Below, one piece after another: positions 1 through 10,242 of a stretch of DNA of 32,000 nucleotides; the first letter of the stretch is position 1, and each line of letters begins with the position of its first letter. The notes beneath the pieces were generated by a model. The model worked only from the letters and a program-made list of their open reading frames with translations. It was not told the DNA's origin and ran no database searches. The stretch is from Acinetobacter wanghuae (GTDB taxonomy: Bacteria; Pseudomonadota; Gammaproteobacteria; Pseudomonadales; Moraxellaceae). Position numbers and translations under genes: made by a program. Where the stretch lies: positions 690,001 through 722,000 of the forward strand of contig NZ_CP045650.1 of the NCBI RefSeq assembly GCF_009557235.1. The letters run 5' to 3'.

Positions 1-390
1 ACCGGTCACTAAAACTAAGCCACGCGGGAATTCACAGATATCTTTAAAGATTTGACCTAAACCTAAATCTTCAATGGTGAGTACTTTTGATGGAATAGTA
101 CGAAATACAGCACCTGCGCCACGATTTTGGTTAAATGCGTTCACACGGAAACGAGCCACACCCGGAACTTCAAATGAAAAGTCAGTTTCTAAGTGTTCTT
201 CGAAGTCACGACGCTGTTTATCATTCATGATGTCATAAACAAGCTTATGGACTTCTTTGTGTTCTAATACCGGTAGATTAATACGACGAACTTCACCATC
301 GACCCGAATCATCGGTGGCATACCCGCAGATAAATGTAAGTCTGATGCGCCGTTTTTAGCAGAAAAGGCTAATAATTCTGTAATATCCAT
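1..390 (-). CDS. pilT: Type IV pilus retraction ATPase PilT, N-terminal ~130 codons. The rest of the gene lies left of the window.
   Basis: Reverse-strand ATG at 388-390. My translation reads MDITELLAFSAKNGASDLHLSAGMPPMIRVDGEVRRINLP...FRVNAFNQNRGAGAVFRTIPSKVLTIEDLGLGQIFKDICEFPRGLVLVTG, the conserved PilT N-terminal region. The frame is open to the window edge, so it is absent from the ORF track. It is divergent from yggS, as in Pseudomonas and Acinetobacter. Confidence 0.88.
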   Translation of the reverse strand, partial: MDITELLAFSAKNGASDLHLSAGMPPMIRVDGEVRRINLPVLEHKEVHKLVYDIMNDKQRRDFEEHLETDFSFEVPGVARFRVNAFNQNRGAGAVFRTIPSKVLTIEDLGLGQIFKDICEFPRGLVLVTG

Positions 391-498
391 AAAGTCCCCG
401 AGATCATTTAAATGTTATTTATTTTGATAGAATAATAAGGCTTTCCCACAGCTTAACCAACACTTTGTTGATGGGCAAGGGAAAAAAAGATCAACGAA

Positions 499-1203
499 AT
501 GAGAACCCCGTCAATGAATATGTTGCAGCAATCACGAAATCAAGTTTTAGCGCAAATTCACGCTGCTTGCGAGCAAGCACAGCGCGATAAAAACAGGGTG
601 CAACTTTTGGCCGTATCTAAAACTCATCCGAGTGACGTTTTGTCGGAAATGTATCAAACTGGGCAACGTGCATTTGGAGAAAACTACCTGCAAGAAGCCT
701 TAGATAAGATTGAAAAACTAAAAGATTTACAGATTGAATGGCATTTTATTGGTCACGTACAGCGTAATAAAACCAAGCACTTGGCTGAAAAGTTTTCATG
801 GGTGCATGGAGTTGATCGTTTGATTATTGCTGAGCGTTTATCGACTCAAAGGGATGCATCACAAGCGCCACTCAATATTTGCTTACAAGTGAATATTGAT
901 GAGCAAGATACAAAAGATGGTTGCCAGCCAGCGGAAGTAGCCGAATTGGTTGCGCAAATCAGCCAACTGCCAAATTTAAAATTACGCGGATTAATGGTGA
1001 TTCCTGCACCCAATAACACAGAAGCCTTCAAAGATGCCAAAGCACTATTTGATGCTGTGAAAGTTCAACATAAAAATCCTGAAGATTGGGATACCTTGAG
1101 CATGGGGATGTCAGGCGATATGGATGCAGCGATTGCCGCAGGCTCAACCATGGTGCGTGTAGGAACAGCGTTGTTTGGGGCAAGAGATTATTCACCAAAG
1201 TAA
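499..1203 (+). CDS. yggS: YggS/PLPBP-family pyridoxal-phosphate homeostasis protein
   Basis: 234-aa ORF with LLAVSKTHP (PLP-lysine motif), GENYLQE, HFIGHVQRNK, SMGMSGD and VRVGTALFG, the full-length YggS family pattern. The start could also be ATG 514 or 520. Confidence 0.9.
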   Translation: MRTPSMNMLQQSRNQVLAQIHAACEQAQRDKNRVQLLAVSKTHPSDVLSEMYQTGQRAFGENYLQEALDKIEKLKDLQIEWHFIGHVQRNKTKHLAEKFSWVHGVDRLIIAERLSTQRDASQAPLNICLQVNIDEQDTKDGCQPAEVAELVAQISQLPNLKLRGLMVIPAPNNTEAFKDAKALFDAVKVQHKNPEDWDTLSMGMSGDMDAAIAAGSTMVRVGTALFGARDYSPK

Positions 1204-1222
1204 GAAGATAAATCCTCCCTAG

Positions 1223-1243
1223 CCCTCCTTTATTAAAGGAGGG
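1223..1243. terminator. 9-bp perfect hairpin (CCCTCCTTT-att-AAAGGAGGG) between convergent yggS and sbcC. Possible terminator.
   Basis: The inverted repeat was read directly. There is no clear U-run on either side, so function is uncertain. Confidence 0.3.
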
Positions 1244-1259
1244 AATGTGCCATTTGAGC

Positions 1260-4200
1260 TTAACCTATTACCTCGATGGTACTTGCACCTGCACCTACAG
1301 GCTTGACCTGAATCTGTACCGGAATCCGTTCATGCATTTCTTGAACATGTGAAATGAGCACGACTTTACGCCCTTGGCTTTGCAAATGATCTAGTGCATT
1401 CATGACCATATGCAAGGATGCAGGGTCGAGTGTGCCGAAGCCTTCATCAATAAACAGCGATTCAAGCTTCATTGAACCCGATGCCATATTGGCAATCGCC
1501 AGTGCTAAAGCCAAAGAAACAAGGAAAGTTTCACCGCCTGAGAGTGACAGGACAGGACGGATTTCGCTGTTCATATCGAGGTCAATAATGGCTAAGCTTA
1601 AACTGTTCGGAATACGGTGCAATTGATAACGTGGTGCAAGTGGTTGTAGTTGTTGGTTGGCATATTCCACCAGAATATCCAAATGATGCTCTTGCGCGAT
1701 TTTTTGGAATTTAGTGCCTTCTTTATGCCCAATCAAGTCATAGATCCGACCCCAACGGTATTCCTCAGCTTTAACTTGTTCAATTTGAGTTTGATATTTC
1801 GCATAAGTGGCTTGATTACTGGCATTTATCCGCAGTTTGGCATCAAGCTCATTAAAGGCATCTTGTTGAGTGGTTTTTTCAAGATGGATGTCACTCAGCT
1901 TTTGCTCAATGAGCTCAAATTCATGCTCGGGTTGTCGCTTTAAATGTGCTTGATATTGTTCCTCTAAGAGCTGCCATGCAGTTTTAGCATTTTCTAAAAT
2001 TTGTTTTTGATTCATTAAATCCTGACGGAGTTGTTGATGTTGAGCTAAATTGATCGCTAACCACTGTTCAATCATCGATTGGGTGACGTGTGGATGGGTC
2101 AATTGCCAAGACTGAATCGCTTGTTCCGCTTGATGAAGCTGTTGTTCTAGTTCATGCAAGCGAGTGATAAATTCTTGCACTTTTAAATTGGCTTGATGTA
2201 ATTCGGCATCTGCCTGTTGTACTTTTTGACGTTGTTGCTCAAGTGCCTGTGCTAAGGCTGCATGTTCCTGATCGAGATCCGTTTGCCAATCTAGCGCGAT
2301 ACGATAGGTTTTGCCTGCATAGTGTTCGGTCAGTTCTGCCAGTTGATGACGTAAATCTTTGCCTTGTTGAATCAATTGCTGCAATTTTTGATCTAAATCT
2401 GCATAGTTTTGCTGTTCAAGTTGAAGCTGATATTGGCTTTTTTCGAGCGACTGTTGATGTGTATTTAAATCATGTTCAATATTTTTTTGTTCTGTTAAAT
2501 ACTGAATACGCTGCGCTAACTGTTGCTTCACTTGATGTAGCCATGTCATGGGCGGCACGGTCTGATATTGGCTCGGCAATCGCTCAACAACGGGCGAGAT
2601 CAGCTGTTCAAGCTGTTCGCGCTGCTGTTGTAATAATTGCAGTTGATGTCGTTGCTGCTGTGATTCACGCCATTGATTTAAGTGTTGTTGCAAATGTTGT
2701 TCTTGTTCTAGAGCGGCTTGGATTTGGCTATTTAACTGAGCATGATAGCGATGAATATCTGTTGCTAAAACAGATAAATCCTGATGATTAACATCAATCG
2801 CAAAGTGCTTGATCTGTCCAATCAACTCATTTTTTTGACGTGTTAAATCCGCTGTCTGTGAATTGAAACGTTGCTGCTGTTGTTCAAGCACCGCGTGTTG
2901 TTTTGAGGTTTCAATATTTTCTTGCTGTTTCTGTTCAAGCAAATGCTCAAGCTTTTGTTTGGCCTGTTGTAATTGCTGTTCTTGCAGTTGTTGCAAGCCT
3001 TGTTCAAGCAATTCATGACCCGTTATAAAAGGATGGTCAAGGCTGCCACAGACCATACACGGCTCATCGGTTTTGAGCTGCGCCCTTAATTCTTGCACGC
3101 TTTGGGTATGTAAAAGACGTTGCTCTATGAGCACAGTTTCAAGTTGTGTAAACGCTTTTTGTTCAGCTTCAAGTTGCTGCTGTAATTGTCGTTCAGCATG
3201 TTGTCGCTGTTGTAATTGCTGCTCTTGAGCCAGAATCTCGGTTTGCAGCTTTTTATTGTCTTTTGATTGTTGCACAAGTTGTTGTAGACGTTGCTGTATA
3301 TGCTCAATTTTGACTTGAGTCGATTGTTGCTGTTGGCGTTGTTGTTGAACCGTACTGAGTTGCTGTTCTAAATGCGCTAAAGACTGATATTGTTCAGTCA
3401 ATTGGGTAATTTGATTGCAATACTCCTGCGAGCGTTGCTGAATCTCATTCAAGGGCAGCTGGAGCATCTCGGCATTGTCTTGCTCAAGCTGTTGATACTG
3501 TATTGCATAGTCATTTAAACGCTGCAAAATGCTTTGAGGTTCTTGATCAAAACTGCTGAATGCCTGAGTTTCATTGAGTTGTTGAGTCAGCTGCTGTTGT
3601 TTGGAACGAATGTGATTTAGATTCAATTGCTGCTGTTGAATATTTTGTTCTAAAGGTTGTAAACGATCCCGCTGAAAGTTGATTTGTTCAGCATTTAACT
3701 TTTTATACTGTTCAGAAACGGTATTGATTTCATGGTCAAGTTTAAGCCCGAGTTCTAAATGCGGTTTAAGTACTTCTCGGTGCTCTGAAAATTGTTGCAG
3801 TTTGTGTTGTAGCGCATTGAATTGGCTTTGTTCACTCGCGACTTGTGTTTTAAGCGCTTCAAATGCTTGGCTAAATTGGCTTTGCTGTTGTTGAATCTGT
3901 ACTTTTTGCGGGGCTAATTTCGCATGTTGCACAAATTGCTCACGAATGGATTGGAACGTATCAAGTTGTTCTAACAAGATTTGTTGTGGTGCTGATTTTG
4001 TGACAGCATCAAGCTGAACGTCATACACTTCTTTTTTTGCATGTACATCGGCATACATTTTATGCCGATCCAGATGCCATTTTCTTTCATTTTCAAGCAG
4101 CTTTTCTGACTGCTGTAAATTCTGTAAGGTTAATCCGAATTGTTTTTGTTGTTGAATTAACTGCTCGATGTTGTCTGGAGATAAAATTTCAATATGCCCA

Positions 4201-4859
4201 ATCAGGTTTTCAAGTTCAGCACGTTGCTGTTTGACCTGACTGTATTTTTCTGCGGCTTTGATACTGACCAAACTAAAAATATGCGAGTTAGTTAAATACT
4301 CGAGCAAGTCTGCACGTTCGTTGTCTTTGGCTTTTAAAAAAGCGCCGACTTCAGATTGAGCAAGCAGCACTGCACGAGTGAATTGTTCGAAACTCAAACC
4401 AATCAATTTTTCGATGATCGGTGTCGCTTCAGAAATTTTTTGATTCAATACACGTTGATCATCCAGACAGGTGATGGCACGTTCGACTTTTAAATTACCA
4501 TCTACTTTGTTGCGTGCGCGGCGAATCTCCCAACGGGCTTGGTAACGCTTACCATCAAGGGCGATAAATTCAAGCTCAGCAAAACCCGATGTGGTGCCAC
4601 GACGCAGAATATTTTTAGAATCTTTAATTGAAATATCTTGTCCACCGGTATCTTTTAAACTTCCTGCGGCACCTTTCAGGCGTGGTACTTCGTTATACAG
4701 CGCTAAGCACATCGCATCGAGTAAAGTCGATTTACCTGCGCCCGTTTTACCTGTAATCGCAATTAAACCTGCATGAGCAAGCGGTTGATGGTCAAAATGA
4801 ATATGATGTGTGCCTGCCAAAGATGCCAAATTATTTAAACTAAGTCGTAAAATTTTCAT
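1260..4859 (-). CDS. sbcC: SbcC exonuclease/ATPase subunit (Rad50-like SMC-type protein)
   Basis: 1199-aa ORF. N-terminal Walker A is GKTGAGKSTLLDAMCLALY. A very long Q-rich coiled coil has a central CxxC zinc hook (CMVCGS). The C-terminus has the signature LSGGETFLVSLALALA and Walker B LFIDEGFGTLD. It lies 9 nt downstream of sbcD. Confidence 0.93.
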   Translation of the reverse strand: MKILRLSLNNLASLAGTHHIHFDHQPLAHAGLIAITGKTGAGKSTLLDAMCLALYNEVPRLKGAAGSLKDTGGQDISIKDSKNILRRGTTSGFAELEFIALDGKRYQARWEIRRARNKVDGNLKVERAITCLDDQRVLNQKISEATPIIEKLIGLSFEQFTRAVLLAQSEVGAFLKAKDNERADLLEYLTNSHIFSLVSIKAAEKYSQVKQQRAELENLIGHIEILSPDNIEQLIQQQKQFGLTLQNLQQSEKLLENERKWHLDRHKMYADVHAKKEVYDVQLDAVTKSAPQQILLEQLDTFQSIREQFVQHAKLAPQKVQIQQQQSQFSQAFEALKTQVASEQSQFNALQHKLQQFSEHREVLKPHLELGLKLDHEINTVSEQYKKLNAEQINFQRDRLQPLEQNIQQQQLNLNHIRSKQQQLTQQLNETQAFSSFDQEPQSILQRLNDYAIQYQQLEQDNAEMLQLPLNEIQQRSQEYCNQITQLTEQYQSLAHLEQQLSTVQQQRQQQQSTQVKIEHIQQRLQQLVQQSKDNKKLQTEILAQEQQLQQRQHAERQLQQQLEAEQKAFTQLETVLIEQRLLHTQSVQELRAQLKTDEPCMVCGSLDHPFITGHELLEQGLQQLQEQQLQQAKQKLEHLLEQKQQENIETSKQHAVLEQQQQRFNSQTADLTRQKNELIGQIKHFAIDVNHQDLSVLATDIHRYHAQLNSQIQAALEQEQHLQQHLNQWRESQQQRHQLQLLQQQREQLEQLISPVVERLPSQYQTVPPMTWLHQVKQQLAQRIQYLTEQKNIEHDLNTHQQSLEKSQYQLQLEQQNYADLDQKLQQLIQQGKDLRHQLAELTEHYAGKTYRIALDWQTDLDQEHAALAQALEQQRQKVQQADAELHQANLKVQEFITRLHELEQQLHQAEQAIQSWQLTHPHVTQSMIEQWLAINLAQHQQLRQDLMNQKQILENAKTAWQLLEEQYQAHLKRQPEHEFELIEQKLSDIHLEKTTQQDAFNELDAKLRINASNQATYAKYQTQIEQVKAEEYRWGRIYDLIGHKEGTKFQKIAQEHHLDILVEYANQQLQPLAPRYQLHRIPNSLSLAIIDLDMNSEIRPVLSLSGGETFLVSLALALAIANMASGSMKLESLFIDEGFGTLDPASLHMVMNALDHLQSQGRKVVLISHVQEMHERIPVQIQVKPVGAGASTIEVIG

Positions 4860-4868
4860 GGCAAATCC

Positions 4869-6120
4869 TTAAGCCTGTTTTTCATCAAGATCATGTTGTG
4901 CTTCAGCCAGCAGTTGCTGAAAATCACGTTGCACTGAATTATCCGCTTCATAGCCCATTTTTGCCCAAATCGTGTCAAATAAAGATTCCGGTGTAGGTGG
5001 GGCTAAATCAATTTTTGTAGCTTGAGCAGCATCACTCGCTTGTTTTTGATAGATCCGAATCATGCGTAATAAACGATAACGATTGGGGGGCAGAGCAAGT
5101 TCTACTTGTTGGCGTAAATCGACGGGTGGCGGGGCATCTGTCGTGTATTCAATTTCTAAAAAATCACGCGCATTAAGTTGATCAATTTCCCCATTCGGTA
5201 AAGCTTTGATTTTTTCAATGAGCTCAGGGAGTTCTTCTCGGATACGTACTAATCCGACTGTACGAGGAATGTGTAACGCTTCAAATTGAAAGCGTTGCTC
5301 ATCTTTAAGCATCGGATTAATTTTGACTTCAACCACTTGGTGTTTATAGTTAATTTCACTAAACGACAGTGGAATCGGTGAACCGCTATAGCGAATATGC
5401 GGCTTTCCCACTTGCTGCGGTTTATGTAAATGTCCAAGCGCGACATAATCAATCACCTCGTCAAATAACGCTGTGGATAAGGCTTCTTCATTTCCGACAA
5501 TAATCGGGCGCTCAGAATCTGAGGTTTCACCACCTTGCATATGCGCATGTGACATCAAAATTAAGGCTTGATCGGGCTGTTTACGGGCTTTAGCTTCTGC
5601 AATAAGTTGTTGGTGCAAATAGGCGATGGCATTTTGGCTATTGTTTGTATGTTCATTCAGCCCAGTAATTTCGGCACTACGTAAATAGGGTAGGGTGAGA
5701 CACCAAGCAATGATTTGATGTTGCTGATCATAAATCGGGACAAGCAGACGATCCAAATCTAAGGTGTTTTCACTGTTGCGACCAATCACGCCCACCGCTT
5801 TGGCATTAAATTTTTCCAGTAAAGGTTCAACTTGTTCAATGCGATAACCCGAGTCATGATTACCCGCGATCATCAAGGTTTGCATATGCGGCGCAATATC
5901 ATGTACATCGGCTAAAAATTGGTACAGTTGTTTCTGTGCGCTCGATGCAGGATTAATCACATCAAAAAATATCACCTGCAATCAGCAGCGCATGGGGTTG
6001 TTTTTGTTTAATTTGCTCAAGTAACCAGCTTAAAAACTGAGCGTGTTCAAATTCACGATCATGATTGTGAAAGAACTGACCCAAATGCCAATCGGATGTA
6101 TGTAAAAAATGAACCGCCAT
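4869..6120 (-). pseudogene. sbcD: SbcD (Mre11-like nuclease) interrupted by a +1 frameshift in a T6 run (A6 on the + strand at 5964-5969)
   Basis: Reverse ATG at 6118-6120 gives MAVHFLHTSDWHLGQFFHNHDREFEHAQFLSWLLEQIKQKQPHALLIAGDIF and then a stop. The 4869-5981 ORF continues in another frame with FDVINPASS...MIAGNHDS...GHLH. Removing one T restores AGDIFDVINP, matching E. coli SbcD AGDVFD. It may be a real pseudogene or a homopolymer sequencing error. Confidence 0.8.
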
Positions 6121-6352
6121 GTCCTAATGCCCCAAAACCTCAATTGCTTGCTTACTATAGAAAAGATAAGCCGTTAAAATCTACTGAAAGTTTTATTTTC
6201 GCGTCTGCATATGTCGCGAAGCCAGTTGATAATTGAAGAAATAGAACGAATAAAAATGAAGGGCCAATATAAAGAGACAATATAAATAGGAGTGTTTGGA
6301 CGCATGCAACGTTATTTTTAGAATCAGCATACAACAACATTTTACAAGATTT

Positions 6353-6397
6353 GAAAAAATAAAGACCGACGATTCGAGTGATGGTAAATCGTCGGTC
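6353..6397 (-). terminator. Intrinsic-terminator-like hairpin on the minus strand with no obvious upstream gene
   Basis: The minus strand reads GACCGACGATT-(12 nt loop)-AATCGTCGGTC followed by TTTATTTTTTC. The 11-bp stem is perfect. It lies in the ~500 bp gap between sbcD and the 6619 ORF. Confidence 0.35.
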
Positions 6398-6618
6398 AAA
6401 ATCGTGGAGGATGAAAATTCTGGCTGCTATTCAAAATTTTCACGGTCACGAGACTTATTGCTTTAGCCAAGGTCAGTGTAAATTGTGGATGCCAGTACAA
6501 ATGTACCAACCTTGTACTCTCTATAACGTTGCTATAAGACGATTGGTTGACAATAAAATGAAAAAAAACTCAATTTTTTTTATACTAGGGCTTAAATATA
6601 CTGAAGGTCACAACTACT

Positions 6619-7068
6619 GTGTCATTAACTCGTTATTTTATTTGGTTTTTCTGTCTGTGCTTTATTTTTACCTGTGTTTGTGGCGTGCTTGCAGCGCTGA
6701 TGCCACAGGGAATGGGCGCAGTATTAACCATTTTTCCTTATCTTATTCCGATGATTTGGGTGTTATTCAAGTTTTTAAAACGTGAACAACGCGCTCCCAC
6801 CCAAGCCGAGCGTAAGAAAATAACGTGGGGATTTAGCCTGATTTATTGGTTATACAACCTTACGTTTTTATTATTAGGTATTTGGGTGGCGACATTTTCA
6901 AATCCAAATGCATGGAGTGATTTTCAATTGTACCTCCAAGAGCCACAATTCATGACGATGGTTCTGACAATGTGCTTGCTGATTGCGATTCCAATGTATG
7001 TATTAACCTATTGGTTTTATGGTCCACAAGCCAAACGTATGGCACAAAAAATGTTTTCTTCATCTTAA
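6619..7068 (+). CDS. Hypothetical small integral membrane protein (about 4 predicted TM segments)
   Basis: 149-aa ORF with hydrophobic stretches (FIWFFCLCFIFTCVCGVLAAL, LTIFPYLIPMIWVLF, GFSLIYWLYNLTFLLLGIWVATF, MVLTMCLLIAIPMYVL), followed by a strong terminator. The track start is a GTG, so the true start is uncertain. No family was recognised. Confidence 0.55.
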   Translation: MSLTRYFIWFFCLCFIFTCVCGVLAALMPQGMGAVLTIFPYLIPMIWVLFKFLKREQRAPTQAERKKITWGFSLIYWLYNLTFLLLGIWVATFSNPNAWSDFQLYLQEPQFMTMVLTMCLLIAIPMYVLTYWFYGPQAKRMAQKMFSSS

Positions 7069-7085
7069 ATGAAATTGAAAGCGTT

Positions 7086-7122
7086 AAAAAAGCAGATATC
7101 ACGACAATATCTGCTTTTTTTT
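7086..7122. terminator. Bidirectional rho-independent terminator between the membrane ORF and hemB
   Basis: AAAAA-AGCAGATAT-cacgaca-ATATCTGCT-TTTTTTT. The 9-bp perfect stem is flanked by an A-run and a T-run. Confidence 0.65.
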
Positions 7123-7145
7123 ATACTCAATTTTTATCGGCGAAC

Positions 7146-8237
<1,092 letters not shown>

Positions 8238-8266
8238 TTATTTAATGACCTTGATTCGAGCAAACA

Positions 8267-8764
8267 ATGACGCAAGCAGAGAAAAGTTGGACCGGTAGTG
8301 TTCAAGACGGTTCAGAGATCAATATTGACCGCATTTTTGACAAATTAACTCAAGCATTTAACACCTCTCCCTTCTTTCAACATGCGGGTATGCAAATGCG
8401 TGTGGTGGACGGTCAGATTGAAGCTTATATTGATATGCAAGATTTTATGATTGGCAATGTGGCTTATCAGATTTTGCATGGCGGTGTGGCTGCCACAATT
8501 TTAGACAGTATTGGCGGCATCACGGCAATGGGCGAGCTTTATAAAAAAGCGACTTTGGATGATATTGATGACGTTGGAAAAAAAGCATCACGCTTAGCCA
8601 CCGTGGATATGCGGGTCGATTATTTAGCACCGGGGCGTGGTCAATACTTTACTGCACGGGCTGAAACCCTACGTTTAGGGCGTAAAGGCTGCACCATGCG
8701 TATGACTTTAATTAATGATGAAGCGAAACCGATTGCAACTGCAATTGCCTCTTATGCTTATTAA
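8267..8764 (+). CDS. Hotdog-fold thioesterase (PaaI/YigI-like)
   Basis: 165-aa ORF with the HGGVAATILDSIGG motif typical of PaaI-type 4HBT thioesterases, followed by a VDMRVDYL strand. Confidence 0.75.
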   Translation: MTQAEKSWTGSVQDGSEINIDRIFDKLTQAFNTSPFFQHAGMQMRVVDGQIEAYIDMQDFMIGNVAYQILHGGVAATILDSIGGITAMGELYKKATLDDIDDVGKKASRLATVDMRVDYLAPGRGQYFTARAETLRLGRKGCTMRMTLINDEAKPIATAIASYAY

Positions 8765-9087
8765 TTGACAGTTTGTTTCGTCTTGTTAGGGAGATGATTT
8801 TCAACAGAAGGTCTCTTCCTTAAGTATCAATACAAGTCCAAAAAATATCTAAAACGTTTGTTTAATATTCAAAATATAAGATTTTTCCTGCTAAATAAAA
8901 CATCCGACTGGATAGTTACATTTTTTATTCTCAAATGATGATTTTTTGCCTTTAAAATGCCGACAATTTTAAAGTAAAAATGACTTTCTCATCGACACCA
9001 TTGATATGACCTTTTTGCAAAAAAAAGAGTGTCAGTAAAATCGGATCATGCCGCGTGACCAAGTCTGTTTGATTTAGGACAAAATCA

Positions 9088-10236
9088 ATGACAGATGTTC
9101 AACAACCGCTACCACATGCAGTAGCAGATCTACAGCAAGAGCAACAGCTCAAATCGAAACGTAAAAAAGCCTTGAGTATTGTGGCAATGCTCGTACTGAC
9201 TGCGCTGATTATATTTGCCATTTGGCGGGTATTTTTCAATAGTTCGGTGACCACAGACAATGCCTATGTCGGTGCTGAAACAGCGTCTGTCACTTCTATG
9301 GTGAGTGGACAAGTGGCAGAAGTACTGGTCAGTGATACGCAAACGGTCAAAAAAGGCGAAGTTTTACTAAGAATTGATGCGCGTGATACTGAGATTGCCG
9401 TCAATCAAGCCCAAGCAGAACTCATGAAAGCCAAGCGTCAATATAAACAGACCTCTGCAAATAGTGGTGCTTTAAACTCACAAGTCGGTGTCAGTGATGA
9501 TACGATTCACAGTGCCGAAGCGCAAGTCGCACAAGCCAAAGCCGCTTTAGATAAAGCCCAAGATGAATTGGCGCGTCGTGAAAAATTAACGGCTAGTGGT
9601 GCGATTTCGAGAGAAGAATTGAGTACCGCGCAAAGTGTCTTGAATAATGCAAAAGCAGGTTATGACTTAGCTCAAGCTGGTTTAGCTCAGGCACGTTCAA
9701 GCCAAAAAGCGGCACAAAGTACCTTAGCGGCCAATGACGCTTTAATTCAAGGCAGCAATGAAAACTCAACACCAGATGTTCAAATTGCGCAAGCCAAACT
9801 TAAACAAGCACTATTAGATTTAGAACGTACCGAAATTAAAGCACCTTTTGATGGTGTGATTTCACGCCGTAGTATTCAAGTGGGGCAGCGTGTTGCACCG
9901 GGCAATGTGTTGATGATGGTTGTGCCTGTGAGCCAACTGTATGTGGATGCCAACTTTAAAGAAAGCCAATTGAAACAAGTTCGTCCCGGACAAAAAGTGA
10001 CATTGATTTCTGACTTGTATGGCGATGATGTGGAATATACCGGTACGGTGGTTGGCTTTTCTGGCGGTACAGGTTCAGCGTTCGCTTTAATTCCTGCCCA
10101 AAATGCGACAGGTAACTGGATTAAAGTGGTTCAGCGTTTACCTGTCCGTATTCAACTCGACCCGAAGCAATTGGCTGAGCATCCGCTACGTGTGGGTTTA
10201 TCCATGGAAGCGACTGTTGATTTAAGCAAGAAGTAA
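9088..10236 (+). CDS. emrA: HlyD-family membrane fusion protein of an EmrAB-type efflux pump
   Basis: 382 aa with an N-terminal TM anchor (ALSIVAMLVLTALIIFAIW), a long coiled-coil hairpin, and the lipoyl/beta-barrel motif IKAPFDGVISRRSIQVGQRV. It lies 6 nt upstream of the MFS partner. Confidence 0.88.
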   Translation: MTDVQQPLPHAVADLQQEQQLKSKRKKALSIVAMLVLTALIIFAIWRVFFNSSVTTDNAYVGAETASVTSMVSGQVAEVLVSDTQTVKKGEVLLRIDARDTEIAVNQAQAELMKAKRQYKQTSANSGALNSQVGVSDDTIHSAEAQVAQAKAALDKAQDELARREKLTASGAISREELSTAQSVLNNAKAGYDLAQAGLAQARSSQKAAQSTLAANDALIQGSNENSTPDVQIAQAKLKQALLDLERTEIKAPFDGVISRRSIQVGQRVAPGNVLMMVVPVSQLYVDANFKESQLKQVRPGQKVTLISDLYGDDVEYTGTVVGFSGGTGSAFALIPAQNATGNWIKVVQRLPVRIQLDPKQLAEHPLRVGLSMEATVDLSKK

Positions 10237-10242
10237 GCGCTG

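Noticed and set aside
2000-4300. Q-rich, CAA/CAG-rich low-complexity DNA that could be read as a tandem repeat expansion
   Set aside because: It translates into one uninterrupted heptad-like coiled coil with a central CxxC zinc hook, as expected for SbcC/Rad50. I found no exact tandem repeat unit.
1402-4776. Multiple plus-strand ORFs of 60-182 aa (1402-1626, 1650-1943, 2243-2791, 3679-3894, 4037-4234, 4591-4776) and the minus-strand ORF 3125-3307
   Set aside because: All lie inside the 1199-aa sbcC gene. They are frame shadows of the CAA/CAG/CTG-rich coiled-coil coding sequence, with low-complexity or Cys/Leu-rich translations and no RBS context.
6155-6785. ORFs 6155-6340(-), 6193-6399(-) and 6378-6785(+) in the sbcD to membrane-protein gap
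   Set aside because: Their translations are odd (Cys/Phe/Leu-rich). They overlap each other, the terminator hairpin or the better 6619-7068 ORF. No RBS or recognisable family was seen.
8765-9087. The long 323-bp region upstream of emrA, as a possible missing regulator gene or riboswitch
   Set aside because: I could see no ORF, conserved motif or convincing structure by eye. It is probably just a promoter or leader region, which cannot be supported further without tools.
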